64,000 bases of DNA. It comes from Vitrella brassicaformis CCMP3155 (lineage: Eukaryota > Protista > Chromerida). The translations under genes were made by a program, and so were the position numbers. The stretch lies in assembly GCA_001179505.1 (NCBI GenBank), contig CDMY01000220.1, forward strand, positions 62,001 to 126,000, in the 5' to 3' direction. Positions 59,305 to 64,000 of this stretch are shown piece by piece. Each line of letters starts with the position of its first letter. Position 1 is the first letter of the stretch. A model generated the notes under the pieces. It did not search any database and was not told the DNA's origin. It saw nothing but the letters and a program-made list of their open reading frames with translations.

Positions 59305-62300
59305 ATGCTCCACAGCAAGCGGAGTGCGTCCATCAAGGAGAACCTCAGCAACCTGTGAGAAAACACCTCACTCACCGACACTGTCCCAAGTTGTGTGCTG
59401 TGTGTTGTGTGTCTGGCCATCAGGCAAGTGGCAGCTGACTCCACGCTCTATGTCGCCAATCAAGTCAAAGACATCTCACCGCTACTCACGGTGCGCATCA
59501 GGCAGATGTCACGTCACTCACTGGTCACCTGCCCACTTGTGTGTGTGCCTGCCTGTGCTGTGCCCCCGTCTGGCGTGTCTGCCTGCAGCAATATCCTGCC
59601 TTGGGTCCATGTTTGCTGTCCAACTGCATGGGCCTCAACCTGGATGACCTCTACTGCTTCAGCTACCAGCCACAGGCAGGCACACCACACCCTCACACAC
59701 ACACACACACACACAAACAGGAGAGGGCGATTCTTCATTCTCGATGGCTGTCTGTCGACCTTTCCCTCTCTCGCGTCCCGTGCAGCATCGCATCGACCCG
59801 CTGCTGGATTCGCGTGGCCTCGTGAGTCCCCACCCCGACCACACCTTTGTAAACAGCCTCAACGCCGACAGCCACCAGCACCGCCCCTTCCACTCGCCCT
59901 CAGTGGTGCTCTCACGCATCAGCCACGCCAAGCCATCCATACTGCGTCGCAAGTCGTGGGCGCGTGGCGCCACACCGTGTGCCAGGGGTCTGCTGCCGAC
60001 CATCCACGATGGGAGCAGCCATCACGACGATGACTCGAACAGTAGCAACAGCCCAGTGGCAGTGGTGTCACCACTGCAGCAGAAGGTGCTCGCCGCGGCC
60101 GAGAGGTTCGGCGCCGACGTCGTGGACAACACGTCCTCTGCGTCCCGTGGCCTGAGGCACGCAGCGACCGACGACAATGTGGCGGCGGTGCCGCAGACGC
60201 CCATCTCGCTGGGGCTGCCCATCCGCGACAGGAGGTCATCTCTGCCGACGGGCCCGTCGTTCGGGTCGCTGCGTGACGACGACAGCGACGAGCCCAGGAC
60301 AGATGACGCCAGGGCGCTGGAGAGGATCAGTGATTTGTCCAGCAACAACCCCATCAAGCGACCCAACTTCAGGAGGTAGGTAGGGATGGATGGAGGAAGA
60401 CCGAAACCGGCGGAAGCAGACGAGAAAGAAGCCTTTGTTTCGTTCATTGCTACTCACTCAGGTGCCCGGTGCCGCGTAGCGTGGCGGAGTTTCCTGGGCA
60501 GCTGCCTCTTGGGGCCGGGCCTGGCGGCTCCCTCCACACAGTGTCGTTCGTCCTGCCGACGGAGGACCGGCGAGACCCCTCCGACAGGTCCACGTCGTCC
60601 CGCACGTCTGACGGCGACAGCGGCTCGTCGCCCACTGCCTCCACCAGCCCCACACAGCCATCAACGGCAGCCGATGCGCCATTCAAGACCTCCCACGCCC
60701 TGCATCAGTATGGGGGCGAGCAGGTGCCCAGCTCGCTGGACTTCAGCAGCGACCACTTCGTCGGTTTGTTCTCGCGAGAGGCGCGGCAGCTCAAGGGCCA
60801 CGAGTGGCCGTCGATACCGGCGCTCAATGAGCAGATGGCGCATGTGATACTGCACAGCTGCCCGACAGTGGCGTACCTGGGGAGCTGCAAGCACGAGCGG
60901 CTGACGGCCTGCTCCACCAGGAGGCGTGAGGATGAGGGGTGCAGCGGCGATGAGGACATGTGTGGGATTGCGAGGGCCCCTTCTCCCTCACCTGAGTCGG
61001 ATGCAGTGCAGCCACTGTGTCTGGACCAGGTATGTACGCAACCACCCACATGCCGAACAGCCCGACAGATGCACACACAAACTTGTATGTGATGTGATGG
61101 TCAGCGATGGTTTTGCCGTTGGGTGCTGGTGCGCAAGCAGCGCATCAGTGACAGCGCCACCAACCCCACATACCTCTTCCGGTTCGCGTCGGTCCACGCC
61201 ACTCGCTCCCTCCAGATAGCCGTCGGGCAGCACGTGTGTGTGCGGCTGTGGAGCCGCCACCAGCACAAGTGGGTGGAGAGGTACTACACCCCCATCTTCT
61301 CGTGCTGCCCCACCCTGGCCTGCTCCACCAGCCCACTGGTCAGGCGACACGTGGGGGCCGCTGACGCCCCTCAGAGCCCACCCAGCCCTCCAGCAGAGCT
61401 GCCGGTACGGATGGACACAGACACGGACATATCGTATCGCACACACCCCATGGATGTCTGGATGCTGTGGCGGGGTGTGTGCAATGCAGCTGGGCGGTAG
61501 TGTGCCGGTCGGTTTGGAGATCGGGTCTTCGGACCAGTCGTCTGTGCGGCGTCCCCTGCTGTCGTCTGCGACGTGCGACGCCACTCCGGCGAGCACGAGC
61601 GGCAACACCACCTGGTCGCATTGCGACATCCACGGGTGCGAGAGCAACTCGAGCAGGGAGACCGGCGACATGGCCGAGGCACCTGCTGACGGAGGGGAGG
61701 GGGTGGAGGAGGAGCTGCAGCCGCCTGATGCCGATGCAGCGGCGGACCATCACAGCAAGATGCGCAGTCGGAGCCACAGCGCGCCCCTGGGTGTGACGGC
61801 CACCATGAGCCCTGGGCAGCTGGAGTTGATGGTCAAGATCTTCCCGGACGGCGAGATGACCAGCCAGCTGCAGCAGCTGGTCCCGGGCGACAGCGTCCAG
61901 ATCAAAGGGCCGTTCGGCATAGACCTCATGGCCAACCCCCTGGAGCAGCCGTGGCGGCGTGTGCTGCTGGTGGGTGGGGGCGTGGGCATCACCCCACTCC
62001 TGCAGATTCTGCAGCACGCCTTCACTCACTGGCACCTGCCGACGCGCGACCCCTCCCAGCCCCCCTCCGCCCCGCCATCACTCCCGCGCGACTGCCCGGC
62101 CATTCTGTTCGTGCAGATCGAGGACACCGAGGGCGATGTGGCGCTGCAGGATGAGCTCGACCACTTGGCCAAGGTGCACCCCACCTTCATGGTGCAGCGG
62201 CACGTGCTCCAGCCGTCCGGTGACGGCGAGGGCAGCGGCCGGTCGGGCGGGTCGGGGTCGACGGACGCCAAGAAGAACCCTTTGACCAAGGCGATCTTCG

Positions 62301-62545
62301 ATGGCTACCTGCAGGTGGGTGCCTCAGTGTGAGGGAGGGGGGCGGGGGATGCGGCTTTGGTCATACTAGGTCCATTATGTTGTGTGTTGTGTGTTGTGCA
62401 GCGTCTGTGGTCGGTGGTGGGTGGCGAGGGCATGCGTGGCGCCCGTGACAGGGCCTTTATCTGCGGCCCTTGCCCCTTCCAGAAGTACATCGTGTCGCTG
62501 ATGGACCCGGACGTCATCTCGCCCAAGTGCATCTTCACCATCTGA
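59305..62545 (+). CDS. Cytochrome b5 reductase/FNR-family FAD/NAD(P)H oxidoreductase with a long N-terminal extension
   Basis: FAD domain YLFRF...LQIAVGQHV...ERYYTPI and LELMVKIFPDGEMTSQLQQLVPGDSVQIKGPFG. NAD domain VLLVGGGVGITPLLQIL...AFICGPCPF. The N-terminal exon chain was reconstructed from GT/GC-AG junctions. Confidence 0.85.
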
Positions 62546-64000
62546 TGGATGGATGGGTGTATGTATGTATCGTGATGAATTGATGTGTTGATGTTTCTCG
62601 TTCGTATATGGGCATGTGTAGGGGTATTTTGCGGTGTGCGCGATGGATGCGATGCGATGCGATGCGTATGTTAGCCAGCCAGCCAGCTAGCAATCGACCG
62701 GAGCGAGAGCCCACAAACACTCACTCATACTCACTCACACTCACTCGCTTGTTCACCTAACTACATGTGTGTGTATAGTCAGTCGGCTCCCGAGTCTCTT
62801 GTGTGGTTGAATGTGTACATGTATGTCTGTGGGTGGGTGGGGGATATTTCTTCTCTGCGTACTTGCTGCCTGTTTCTTTGCTTGCTTGCTTGCTTGTGTG
62901 TCCGTTGTGTGTGGGGGGTATTTCCTTGTACCTTGTATCCTTGTATTCTTGTATTCTTGTCCAGCCAGCTACTGCGCGACAGCACAGAAATCCTTTCGCG
63001 ACGCCACTCACCCATCCCATCCCCCGCTGTGCTACCTACCTACCTGTCTTGTTCGAGACGTGTCCATCAGTGCAGTCAGTATTTTGTTTTGCTCTGATTA
63101 TTTTACTGGGGCAAGGGTGGGTGGGTGGGTGGAACTCTATTCCTCCATTCTTTTCAATGTCTCGTTCGTTGTGTCTACCGACACGCGCTTCACGGGCTTG
63201 TTCCTTTCTTCTTTGCTGGCTGGTTTTCCTTTATGACGTGTGTGTGTGTGTGTTCCTCCTCGATGGGATGGCTGCCTTTAGTCAGTGAACATGACAGTGC
63301 GCTGCGCCCGCTCTCAGGGCTGGTGCCTTTGCATACACCATGACATGACACCTTACTTTCTTACAGGAAGAGCCACAGTATGGGCTCTTTTTCAATCGCA
63401 CGCATGACTGTCAGGTCAGTGGGACACAAAATTACATTCATACCCACTGCTTCGTTTGTGTACGTATCGGCGTACACCTGGGCCAGCCTGGCCCAGCAAT
63501 CAATGCATGGGCCGAGCCAGGCTGGGCTGGGCTGGCCCCCATCCAATCCATACCGCCTCCCCCCCTCCTCTGTCACCCCGTACGTGTGTACGGGTTTTTG
63601 TTGCTGCCGTGTGCGTGTGTGACGGGCCGGCTGTCACAACTATTTTTGCTGCATGGCCACCTCCCCTCTGCTCTTGTACTCCCTCTCTGTCTGTCTTTCT
63701 GACTCGCTTTCTAGCTGGCTGCCTATGTATGTGTGTATGTACGTATGTATGTCGTGTGGTTGACGGAATGCATCGTTCGATGTGCTGCTGCTTGGTGCTT
63801 GGCGAACGGATGAGATACAGCGCACACCACACACACCACACCACAGACACGGGAACTTTTTGCCAGGAAGCCACCTGCCCCACTCCCGATTGTGTGTGCG
63901 TCGGTATGTATGTTCCGGCTGCTATTCACTCGCTCCTTCCTTCCCTCACTCTCTCACTCACTGACTGGCTCTCTCGCTGACCCACTCAGTCATTCCCTTG

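Noticed and set aside
62925-62962. Degenerate (ccttgtat/tcttgtat) tandem repeat
   Set aside because: An ordinary short tandem repeat among many SSRs in a 3' intergenic region.
63360-63500. Possible minus-strand exon (VYADTYTNEAVGMNVILCPTDLTVMRAIEKEPILWLFL) of a gene extending beyond the window
   Set aside because: It has a plausible donor site, but no family match and no linked exons could be established.
1-64000. tRNA, rRNA, snRNA, spliced-leader genes, or autonomous transposons
   Set aside because: By eye I saw no cloverleaf/box A-B pattern, conserved rRNA segment, or RT/integrase/transposase motif. A covariance-model (Infernal/tRNAscan) search would be needed to exclude small RNAs.

Overview
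This is a eukaryotic, GC-rich, intron-dense genomic window. Most introns are short GT-AG introns full of (CA/GT)n, (CAGA)n and (GATG)n microsatellites. There are two 300-N scaffold gaps. Gene content and intron style point to a photosynthetic relative of apicomplexans, most likely the chromerid Vitrella brassicaformis (inference). I reconstructed 19 multi-exon protein-coding genes by hand, so exon boundaries and some start/stop positions are approximate. In order: a type-I membrane adhesin (Cys repeats, PAN/apple, TSP1; 5' end outside the window), an LCCL/ricin/PA14 CCp(LAP)-family protein, a germin/spherulin cupin, an unknown membrane protein, an FKBP-type TPR protein, an isochorismatase-family hydrolase, a Lon-N-domain protein, a lidless divergent Hsp70, an uncharacterised TIM-barrel glycosidase-like protein, a nucleus-encoded plastid ClpC, a bacterial-type secreted protein, a secreted Cys-repeat protein, peroxisomal DHRS4, Nup54, a peptidase-S74-like (phage tail-fibre chaperone) protein, a TTLL polyglutamylase, a DMT/EamA transporter, a metacaspase lacking its catalytic dyad, and a cytochrome b5 reductase-like flavoprotein. 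The most unusual signals are: two near-identical introns flanking a diverged exon in the S74-like fibre gene; a TGCGAGCT motif about 20-100 nt upstream of six predicted start codons; the intron-bearing bacterial-type gene; and the pseudo-metacaspase. I saw no rRNA, tRNA, CRISPR array or intact transposon.
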